From Candidatus Hydrogenedentota bacterium (lineage in GTDB: Bacteria; Hydrogenedentota; Hydrogenedentia; Hydrogenedentales; JAEUWI01), in assembly GCA_034669905.1 (NCBI GenBank), contig JAXMOL010000028.1, positions 1 through 64,000 of the forward strand: a DNA stretch of 64,000 nt, read 5' to 3'. Position 1 is the first letter of the stretch. Every line of letters starts with the position of its first letter. Below, piece after piece: positions 46,491 through 54,250 of the stretch. Below the pieces are notes generated by a model, which was not told where the DNA came from, ran no database searches, and was given only the letters and a program-made list of their open reading frames with translations. The translations under genes were made by a program, and so were the position numbers.

Positions 46491-47685
46491 CAGCGCTTAC
46501 CTTTACCAGCAGGGCGGCGACGCCGGCGCCCGTTGCGGTCTCCCTGCTGAAATCGACACTCCTCCCCACCACCAGACCGGTGCCATCGTCGTTGGCGATG
46601 ATTCCATAGCCGGATGCAACGGACTTGGGGGAATAAACCCGACTCCACAGCAATTCCCCGGCCCCATCCACCTTGGTTACAAACGCATAGCTACAGAAGG
46701 AATCGTAGGCCGCCCCCGTAAGCAGCACGTTTCCCTCCGGATCCATCGCGCCTCCACTCGGATAGAAATACCGATAGTACGGCTCGGGAGCAATCAATTT
46801 CTCCCACATCAGGCCACCCTGGGCATCTACCGCCACCACATAGTTCACATCCTCTGAGCTACCCGTGAGGAGATAACCGCCTGTCGGGAGGATGGAGAGG
46901 GACGCCGCAATGTTACTGCGCGAATACCCAAAGGTTTCCTCCCATTGTACGACGCCATCTTCATCCGTCTTAACGAGATAAAAATCGGTCACATTGTGGC
47001 CCATGGATTCGGAATCACCCAGCAGGATAAAGCCACCATCGTCGGTCATTGCCAAATCCGCCGCTATCTCATTGCCCGACCCGCCATAGGTCGCGGACCA
47101 CTGCACATTGCCCGCGCTATCCAATCGGTGGAGCTGCATATCCGTGCCCCCGGACCCCGTGGAATCCGTCGTACCCAACACCATATAGCCGTCCGGCAGC
47201 ACAACCATATCGGCCGCCACGTCCTTCCCCGTGCCACCAAATCGTTTTTCCCACTGCAAGGAACCCCGGGCCGATGTTGCCATGAGGAGGTAGTCCGTTT
47301 GCGCGCCATCGCGTGTGGCACCCACGTTGCCCAGTATCAGAAAGTTCTCCCCCACCTCCGCCACACGATGGCCCCGGGAAAGACCGGAAGCGGATTCAAT
47401 GGAAGCCGTCCAGCGTTGGTTTCCCTGGTCATCGGTGCGCACAAGCAGAACATCGCCCAAGAAATTATAGCCGTCCGAAACGATGCCAACCAGCAACAGA
47501 TCGTCATTGCGGAGCCTTGTAATGGAGAAGGCCTCGCTCGCCCGTTCCTGATGGGTATATTCGTGCTGAGAGACCGGCGTGTCGGGATTGGGATCGCAGC
47601 CATCGCGAATAATACATCCCGAGAGTGCACCGAACCCCGTGAGCACAGCCGCCAATCCAAGAAGTGTGCGCCCTGCGATGCCCAT
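46480..47685 (-). CDS. Putative lipoprotein with beta-propeller-like repeats (paralog of 45267-46490)
   Basis: LSGC lipobox; same repeat type; GGAGG RBS; overlaps the downstream gene. Confidence 0.78.
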   Translation of the reverse strand: MGIAGRTLLGLAAVLTGFGALSGCIIRDGCDPNPDTPVSQHEYTHQERASEAFSITRLRNDDLLLVGIVSDGYNFLGDVLLVRTDDQGNQRWTASIESASGLSRGHRVAEVGENFLILGNVGATRDGAQTDYLLMATSARGSLQWEKRFGGTGKDVAADMVVLPDGYMVLGTTDSTGSGGTDMQLHRLDSAGNVQWSATYGGSGNEIAADLAMTDDGGFILLGDSESMGHNVTDFYLVKTDEDGVVQWEETFGYSRSNIAASLSILPTGGYLLTGSSEDVNYVVAVDAQGGLMWEKLIAPEPYYRYFYPSGGAMDPEGNVLLTGAAYDSFCSYAFVTKVDGAGELLWSRVYSPKSVASGYGIIANDDGTGLVVGRSVDFSRETATGAGVAALLVKVSADGN

Positions 47686-47741
47686 TAATTACCCTCCAAT
47701 GGGCTGCCGCCCGAGTCATTGCGCTAGTACTGCGTGGCACC

Positions 47742-47771
47742 ATTATAGGCCCTTTTCCAACAGCCGTTCAA
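47742..47771 (-). promoter_or_regulatory. Possible sigma70 promoter
   Basis: TTGAAC-N18-TATAAT on the minus strand upstream of 47685. Confidence 0.4.
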
Positions 47772-48128
47772 TCAGCGGCGAGGCACTTCGAGACACCCCA
47801 CTATTGTGCGAGAGTCGGGAGGAAAGCCCCCAGGGTTCACCTACCGAAAAGACGTACGTCGGGTGCCACGGACACGGGGCGAAAGCCCTCGCCCGTGCGC
47901 AACATGCGACCTGCAACGCAGAACAAGGCCGGGACACTATCCCCGCCCGCCAGGGGAAAGCCCACCGGGCTTGTTCGGGACACCCAGACATCGTTCTTCG
48001 TTTCGCAGCGATAACTGCCACACCCGCCCTTCCGCCGCTCCCCGTCCGCCCGGGGATTGGCCCAACGTGGGCAGAATACGCTACACTGACCGGGAGGCAC
48101 GTGGAATACATGAGGTAGAAACAAAACG

Positions 48129-48476
48129 ATGCAGATTGACCAGGAGCACGCAGACGGCGTGAGCATACTTGCCCTGAAGGGGCGACTGGATGAATTGGCC
48201 ACCACCGAGGTCGAGGCCGTTTTTACACGGACGCTTCATGACGAGGCGGGGGGCCTGATTCTGGACCTTTCCGGTGTCGAGTATGTGAGCAGCAGCGGCT
48301 TGCGCATTCTCCTCATGCTTTCCAAGGCCATGAAAAAACAACAACGGACCCTGAAACTATGTCATCTCAGCCCCTTTGTGGCCGAAGTCTTTGAGATAAG
48401 CAACTTTTCCGCTATGTTTGAAATCTACGACGACATAGCCATTGCGCGCCAGGAATTTGGCAGCGGCACGGCCTAG
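48129..48476 (+). CDS. STAS-domain anti-sigma-factor antagonist
   Basis: LKGRLD; ILDLSGVEYVSSSGLR with the phospho-Ser motif; V.EVFEIS.F. Confidence 0.92.
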   Translation: MQIDQEHADGVSILALKGRLDELATTEVEAVFTRTLHDEAGGLILDLSGVEYVSSSGLRILLMLSKAMKKQQRTLKLCHLSPFVAEVFEISNFSAMFEIYDDIAIARQEFGSGTA

Positions 48477-48485
48477 TCACCGCCT

Positions 48486-50489
48486 ATGGAACCCCGTGAC
48501 CCGGCAGTGAAACGCCCCTTGCTCCATTCCCGGCCCGAACTGTGGGATACGGTGATGGCTGACGAGGAAGAATCCGGCGATGACCGCCCAATCGCCCAGT
48601 CCACCTATCTGATCGAAAACGACGTGGTGGACATGGAAGAGCCCTGGCACGTGGGGTACCGCCTGGATGACCGCTACGAAATCACCGAAATCCGAGGGGG
48701 CAAAGGTGCCAGCGGCATGGGCATCGTCTATATCGTGGAGGACAACCACGGCCGCAAGAGCGCGGTCAAAACCCTCCAGCGCCGCTTCCGACAGGAACTC
48801 CAACTCCTCCAACGATTCGTCCGCGAAGCACGCACCTGGATGCTCATCGGCGCCCACCCCAACATCGTGTGTGCCCGTCGGCTCGACATCATTGAAGCCG
48901 TCCCCTGTCTCTTCATGGAATACGTGCCCTCCGACGAACAAGGCACCCATGCCCTGTCCCAACGGCTCAACCAGAGCCCCCTCTCCATCGAGGACACCCT
49001 CCAGCTGGCCCACCAGTTTTGCACGGGCATGATGCACGCCACCCAGGCAGTCCCGGGCCTGGTCCACCGCGACATTAAACCGGAGAACCTCCTGCTCAAT
49101 AGCGAGGGCATCCTGAAAATTACCGACTTCGGGCTGGTGCGCACCAAGGCCATGTCCGACGACACCCTGGAAAAGCTCTCCCAGTCCGACCTCTTCGAAG
49201 ATCTTCCGACCGATATCACCCGTATCGGCTCCATCTTCGGGACCCCGGCCTACATGGCCCCCGAGCAGTTCATGCGGGCCAGTGAAGTAACCTTCAGTGC
49301 CGACATCTACAGTCTCGGCTGCTGCCTCTTCGAGGCCTTGACCGGCATGCCGCCCTTTCTCATCCGGGGCGACAGCACGGTAGAGCGTCTGGTCAAGATA
49401 AAGCAGCAACACCTCACGGCACCGCCCCCATCCATTCGAGAAGCGATAGGCGACACCTGCCCCCTCGCCCTGGAAAAAATTGTGCGGCGCTGCCTGGCGA
49501 AACGCGCGCAGGAGCGGTGGGAAAGTTACGAAGACCTCGATATCGCCCTGCTGAGCGTTATGGATACCCTGAACATCACGCCCCGCGAATTGCCCTGCCC
49601 CAGTCCCACCCCACTGGAAGTCGTGGAGCAAATGCATTCCATCACGCTACTCGAGGGCTATGACCAGGCCATCCACATGCGCAAGCTCCGGGAAGGGCAG
49701 GAAGAAAGCCCCTATGCCTTCCACCTCGCCCTCGCTTCCTACTTCCATTGTGTCGACGACGACACGGAAGAAGAACGCCAGTTATCAAAGGCCCTGGCGC
49801 TCAAGGCCGATCAGGTGGGCTATGAGGCCGTGCGCCGTCTCTGCGACCTGTGGGTAAAGCAGGGCCACTACAGCCGGGCCGACGTGGTGCTCCGCGCCTA
49901 TCTGGAGAAAACGCCCGATGCCTGGGAACAAATGCTGGAACCCCTCGTGCGGGTGTCCTGTGGCCTGGGCGATTTCGACCGGGCCCGGGAAGCCCTGGCC
50001 CTCTTCGGAGACACCCAACGCATCCGTCTCCTCCGGGCGGAAATTTATCGTGCGGAGGGCGACACCTGCGCCCTCGCCAACTTGCTGAAAAAAATGCATT
50101 CGTCCGTCCTCGAACGCCTCTCCGCGAAAGTGGCCGGACTTGATGCAAGCGACACGGTGGGATGGGCCCGTTCCGATGACCCCGTGTTACTGGAGACCGT
50201 GCTGGGCTCCCTCCTGCCCGACCTCGACCTCCAGCCCCTGAAAAAAGTATCCCACGCCATCTGGCCCAGTATCAGCGGCTACCCCGATTTCGCCCCCGAT
50301 ATGGCGTGGCTCTCCTACACGCTGGGGGAACTCGCCGCCATCGGCGCGGCCGCCACCCCCGAAGCCTCCAAAACCTTTGCCCAATTTGCCGAATTCCTGG
50401 GCTATCCCAGCCGCCTCGAAAAACACCTCGAGCGGGATGAATACTGGTTCTGGATGGCCGAAACCCAATCGGGAAAAAAGACCGACTGA
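48486..50489 (+). CDS. Cytoplasmic Ser/Thr protein kinase with TPR-like helical C-terminus
   Basis: GMGIVY, AVK, HRDIKPEN, TDFGL, GTPAYMAPEQ; no TM helix seen; start may be 48555. Confidence 0.9.
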   Translation: MEPRDPAVKRPLLHSRPELWDTVMADEEESGDDRPIAQSTYLIENDVVDMEEPWHVGYRLDDRYEITEIRGGKGASGMGIVYIVEDNHGRKSAVKTLQRRFRQELQLLQRFVREARTWMLIGAHPNIVCARRLDIIEAVPCLFMEYVPSDEQGTHALSQRLNQSPLSIEDTLQLAHQFCTGMMHATQAVPGLVHRDIKPENLLLNSEGILKITDFGLVRTKAMSDDTLEKLSQSDLFEDLPTDITRIGSIFGTPAYMAPEQFMRASEVTFSADIYSLGCCLFEALTGMPPFLIRGDSTVERLVKIKQQHLTAPPPSIREAIGDTCPLALEKIVRRCLAKRAQERWESYEDLDIALLSVMDTLNITPRELPCPSPTPLEVVEQMHSITLLEGYDQAIHMRKLREGQEESPYAFHLALASYFHCVDDDTEEERQLSKALALKADQVGYEAVRRLCDLWVKQGHYSRADVVLRAYLEKTPDAWEQMLEPLVRVSCGLGDFDRAREALALFGDTQRIRLLRAEIYRAEGDTCALANLLKKMHSSVLERLSAKVAGLDASDTVGWARSDDPVLLETVLGSLLPDLDLQPLKKVSHAIWPSISGYPDFAPDMAWLSYTLGELAAIGAAATPEASKTFAQFAEFLGYPSRLEKHLERDEYWFWMAETQSGKKTD

Positions 50490-50491
50490 GC

Positions 50492-50833
50492 ATGAACAAG
50501 AATCTTCTGCAGGCCACCGAACAAGTCCTGATTGACCAATGGCAGGTCGCGCCGCTGGGCCTGTCGCCCTACGATCTCAACCGACAGTTGCTCCTCGAAG
50601 CCCTGTCGGAGCGCATCCTCTACCTGCTCCAATACCGCCCCCAGAAACTCCTGTCGGCCCTCTATATCCTCGACATCGGTGAGGATGCCTACGACCGCGC
50701 CATGGAGCAGGACACCATGCAGGACCGCGCCTGGGCCCTCGCCGAGGCCATCTACGATCGGGAAACCGAGAAGATTGAGCTCCGGCGCAAATACAGCGCA
50801 GACAGCGGGGAGAACCCCCGGTTGGAAGGGTGA
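50492..50833 (+). CDS. Small helical hypothetical protein
   Basis: Starts 2 nt after the kinase stop; LSERILYLL......LL..LY.LDI.E...A..I..RE..K...R.KY pattern. Confidence 0.75.
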   Translation: MNKNLLQATEQVLIDQWQVAPLGLSPYDLNRQLLLEALSERILYLLQYRPQKLLSALYILDIGEDAYDRAMEQDTMQDRAWALAEAIYDRETEKIELRRKYSADSGENPRLEG

Positions 50834-50854
50834 CACCATCGGGAAAATGGGGCT

Positions 50855-51512
50855 GTGCCGCGCTATCTTCGCACTACAAGTCTAAACGAGTTGCGCGAAG
50901 TTCGTGCGCGTGAAGCATTCGCAGCGTTGGTCTATCAAGAGAACACCACCGCGAGAATCCGAGTGTAATCGCCTGATTTCGAGAACGATGGCGGGTGCCA
51001 CCCTCAAACGGAGGAGCGCAGCGGGGAAGTTTGTGGGTGCGTTGATTCAGGTGCTGCTCTACGATTGCCGTTGCGTGCGAACGTCAAAACCTCGGGTATA
51101 CGCGGGGAGATGGGCCAGGCTATGGGATGGGCCGTTGGCCCACGCAATCGGGTATGTTCACGGACCGTTGGCCCTCCGGAAGGCCAGCGGGTGTCTTCCG
51201 TGCAGCGGTATAAGCGCCAACGGCGCGATAGCATAACAGCCCAGGCTCCAGGCCTGGGTAAATTCGGTATTTCTTTCTTCCCAGGGCCGAAAGTCCGCAA
51301 CATATGCTCGCGACACGTCCGAAAATACCGTACCGTCGTATCGTCGGAAATCGGTAATAGGGGAGCTGCACCGGTTGATTTCCGTATCTCTACGCTTGAA
51401 AACGTGCTGTATATCGTTTTCCTGTTATCGTTGACAGCTGGCTCCGCTCCCGTGCGATCCCATCACCCACAAGCGCTGCGGCAGGGCCGCCCCGCTTGAG
51501 GGTGGCACCCGC
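50855..51512. repeat. Intergenic REP cluster: degenerate CGTGCCGCGCGATC arm (50855-50917) plus an inverted GGGTGCCACCC pair (50991-51040, 51464-51512)
   Basis: GCGGGTGCCACCCTCAA and TTGAGGGTGGCACCCGC form a perfect 17-bp inverted match. Confidence 0.75.
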
Positions 51513-51638
51513 AGTGCGCTTTCTTGAAACAAAACCGTCTTAGCTCACACCTTGATCCCGTCGCCCGGCTCTTGTAGCATAGGCGCTCTTCCCAATGCGT
51601 AAGCACACACCACACCCCATCAAAAAGGAATTATCCCC

Positions 51639-52208
51639 ATGCCTATGCCCGTCACCCTGGAACCCACGCCTATCGACGGTCTGTTGATTGTAAAAACCGG
51701 GGTGTTCCACGACGATCGGGGCTACTTCTCGGAGTCTTACTCGGAGATGATGTGGCACGAGGCCGGCTTCGATATCCCCTTCAAGCAGGATAACCTGAGC
51801 AAATCGAAGAAAGGCACCTTGCGGGGCATGCACTACCAGATTGAGCCCGAAGGCATGGGCAAGCTCGTGCGGTGTGTGCAGGGCTCCGTCTTCGACGTGG
51901 CCGTCGATCTGCGAAAGGGTTCACCCACCTATGGGAAGTGGCATGGGCTGGAACTGAGCGGCGAAAACCACCTCGCATTCTGGGTCCCTGCCGGATTCGC
52001 CCATGGATTCGTGGCGCTGGAAGATGAAAGTCTGGTCCACTACAAGTGCACCACCCACCACGCCCCCGACTTCGAACGGGCACTGAATTACGCGTGCCCG
52101 GCGGTGGGGATACAATGGCCCATCGCCCCCACCATTATCACGCAAAAAGACAAAGATGCCCCGATGCTGAGTGAAGTGGACAGTAACTTCGAATTCCCCG
52201 GACGCTGA
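51639..52208 (+). CDS. rfbC: dTDP-4-dehydrorhamnose 3,5-epimerase
   Basis: DDRGYFSE, QDN.S.S.KGTLRGMHYQ, KLVRCV.G.VFDVAVDLR..SPT.G.W, P.GFAHGF. Confidence 0.95.
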   Translation: MPMPVTLEPTPIDGLLIVKTGVFHDDRGYFSESYSEMMWHEAGFDIPFKQDNLSKSKKGTLRGMHYQIEPEGMGKLVRCVQGSVFDVAVDLRKGSPTYGKWHGLELSGENHLAFWVPAGFAHGFVALEDESLVHYKCTTHHAPDFERALNYACPAVGIQWPIAPTIITQKDKDAPMLSEVDSNFEFPGR

Positions 52209-52231
52209 AAGGCGCCCTCCCCGAAAAGGCC

Positions 52232-52426
52232 CTATTCGGATTCGGTAGTGGCCGTATCGCTCGCTGCGGAAGCGGCATCTGCACCGTCGGCGTCCGCCGT
52301 CAAGCCCTGCTCGTCTTCCGTACCTTCCGCTGCTTTTTCCAGCTTCCGAAGCCGCTTTTCTTCTTTTTTCTTCTGCTTCGCGAGTTCACGCTGACGCTTC
52401 TCGAATTGGTGATTGGGTTTAGCCAA
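52232..52426 (-). CDS. Small Lys/Glu-rich hypothetical protein
   Basis: TTG start with AAGGAAG RBS; MAKPNHQFEKRQRELAKQKKKEEK. Confidence 0.75.
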   Translation of the reverse strand: MAKPNHQFEKRQRELAKQKKKEEKRLRKLEKAAEGTEDEQGLTADADGADAASAASDTATTESE

Positions 52427-52744
52427 AAGACTTCCTTTCGTCCTGGGCCACCCAAGCAACATAGAAAAACTTGAGCAATCCAAAATAGTAATGGGGTGTA
52501 AAATCAGGTGCGGGCCGTGGTTACGGTGTCGGCCCCGGTCTCGTGGCGCCCTTTACTGGCGGCACGTTCGCACATCAAGATCCATTCGCTGTCACTGATG
52601 GAATCGAAAGCTCCGGTACGAAGGGCTTCGTTACAGAGGAATTGCTCCTCCTCACGAGGGGTCCGTTTGGCGGGGGAAGTCGCTAGCGATGCGTGAGAAA
52701 TGGTCATAGGCCATTGTAGCATATAACAAGACCATCTGGGGGAT

Positions 52745-54019
52745 TTATTTTCGGGACTCCACCGGGGGCGTGGAATGCTGCCCTACCACCACACCCAAGC
52801 CCTTCAATGTCACTTCTATACACTCCAGAAAAGCATCGGCTTTGTCATTCCGCGTATAGTGGGCCACCACATGATCCCGGCCGTTCTGAGCCAGCGTCGC
52901 TGCCGTGTCGGGATCCGTGGCCAGCCGCACGATCGCATCACGGTAGGCCGCCGCGTCTTCCGGCGCCACCGCAATCCCTGCCCGGGCCTCTTCCAACAGC
53001 CTGCGGGCCTGCCCCGTGGCACCGAGAATCATCGGACGGGCGCAGGCCATAATCTCAAACATCTTGGAGGGAATGTTGTAGCGGAACACATCCCGCTTTT
53101 TCAGGGGTACCAGGCACACATCGGCCGCCGCGTAAAAGGCCGGCATCCGCGCCTTCTCCTGGTACGGCAGAAAGGTCACGTTTTCCAGCGCCTGCGCCGC
53201 CGCCCCGTCCCGCAGCGAATCCCACTCGGCGCCACTGCCCACGAAGACAAATTGATAACGCCCATCATCCTGCAGCAATGCGGCGGTCTCCAGGATGGTT
53301 TCCAGCCCCTGGGAAAGGCCATGGGTGCCGATATAGAGCACTACAAATTTGTCCGACCAGCCATGCTCCGCCCGCAACCCGTTTTTTGCCAGGGGCACGA
53401 AAAATGATTCGTCAATGCCGTTGGTTACGGTGAAGAGTTTCGACGCAGGAATCCCCCGAGATTCAATGTGGGCGCGAGAGGCCTCCGCCACAGCAATGAC
53501 CGCCTTGCTGCGGTGGTAGAGGAACATCTCGAGGCCTTTCAGGCCGCGAATCACCAGGGGATTGGTGATGGTGCCCAGGTCGATGATGTGTTTCGGCCAC
53601 AGGTCGCGCACCTCCAGGATAAAGGGGCGGCGCTTAAAGCAGGATACGACGTAACCTCCGAGCGCGCAGAGCATCTGGGGCGTGGTGCCAATGACCACAT
53701 CGCACTTTCCGGTGGACGTAATCCCAAAAAAAATGGCCGAGAGCATGAAGGACAGAAAGCTCAGGCAACGTTTGAAAACGCCCCGGTTGGGTGCCACAAA
53801 AAAGCGACAGCGCAACACGTGAATCCCGTCGATCTCTTCCCGGTAGAGCCACTTCCCCCGATAGGCTTCGGGAACGATGCCATAGGGATGGTTGGGCACA
53901 CCGCAAATCACCGTGACGTCGTGGCCCTGGGCTACCCAATGGCGGGCATGCTCATGGGTACGGGCCGCCGGGGCACCCATCTCCGGGGTGAAATACTGGC
54001 AGAAAAAGAGTATCCGCAC
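52745..54019 (-). CDS. Glycosyltransferase family 4 (WbuB/WcaI-like)
   Basis: QYF.PE.GA...R, PNHP.G, EVRDLWP, YIGTHGLSQGLE, IPSKMFEIMA; GTG start with GGAGGAG RBS. Confidence 0.92.
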   Translation of the reverse strand: MRILFFCQYFTPEMGAPAARTHEHARHWVAQGHDVTVICGVPNHPYGIVPEAYRGKWLYREEIDGIHVLRCRFFVAPNRGVFKRCLSFLSFMLSAIFFGITSTGKCDVVIGTTPQMLCALGGYVVSCFKRRPFILEVRDLWPKHIIDLGTITNPLVIRGLKGLEMFLYHRSKAVIAVAEASRAHIESRGIPASKLFTVTNGIDESFFVPLAKNGLRAEHGWSDKFVVLYIGTHGLSQGLETILETAALLQDDGRYQFVFVGSGAEWDSLRDGAAAQALENVTFLPYQEKARMPAFYAAADVCLVPLKKRDVFRYNIPSKMFEIMACARPMILGATGQARRLLEEARAGIAVAPEDAAAYRDAIVRLATDPDTAATLAQNGRDHVVAHYTRNDKADAFLECIEVTLKGLGVVVGQHSTPPVESRK

Positions 54020-54149
54020 GATTAACCAGACTCCTCCACGGATACAGTGCGACCAGATTATTGGGGCGGGACAACAAAAGGGCCACGCTCCCCACGTGGC
54101 GATCCTAGGGCATCCCCGCCCAAAGATCAAACTGCGAATATTGAATCTC

Positions 54150-54179
54150 TTGACAGGCCGCCCTCCCGACCTCTAGCAT
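54150..54179 (+). promoter_or_regulatory. Possible sigma70 promoter
   Basis: TTGACA-N18-TAGCAT upstream of 54251. Confidence 0.4.
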
Positions 54180-54250
54180 CAGGCTAATCCGAGCAGGATC
54201 CATCGACCAACACCTTCTCCTTCGACAGGGAATGAGCCACGCCACCACCC

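Noticed and set aside
47810..47990. RNase P RNA (GAGGAAAG..., GGGTGCCA...)
   Set aside because: Lacks GAGGAAAGUCC and the conserved 3' ACAGAA.CCGGCUUA, and is too short
51041..51463. Degenerate RAYT/Y1 transposase between inverted REP arms
   Set aside because: No HUH motif or continuous frame in the three minus-strand frames I translated or in the ORF-track translations
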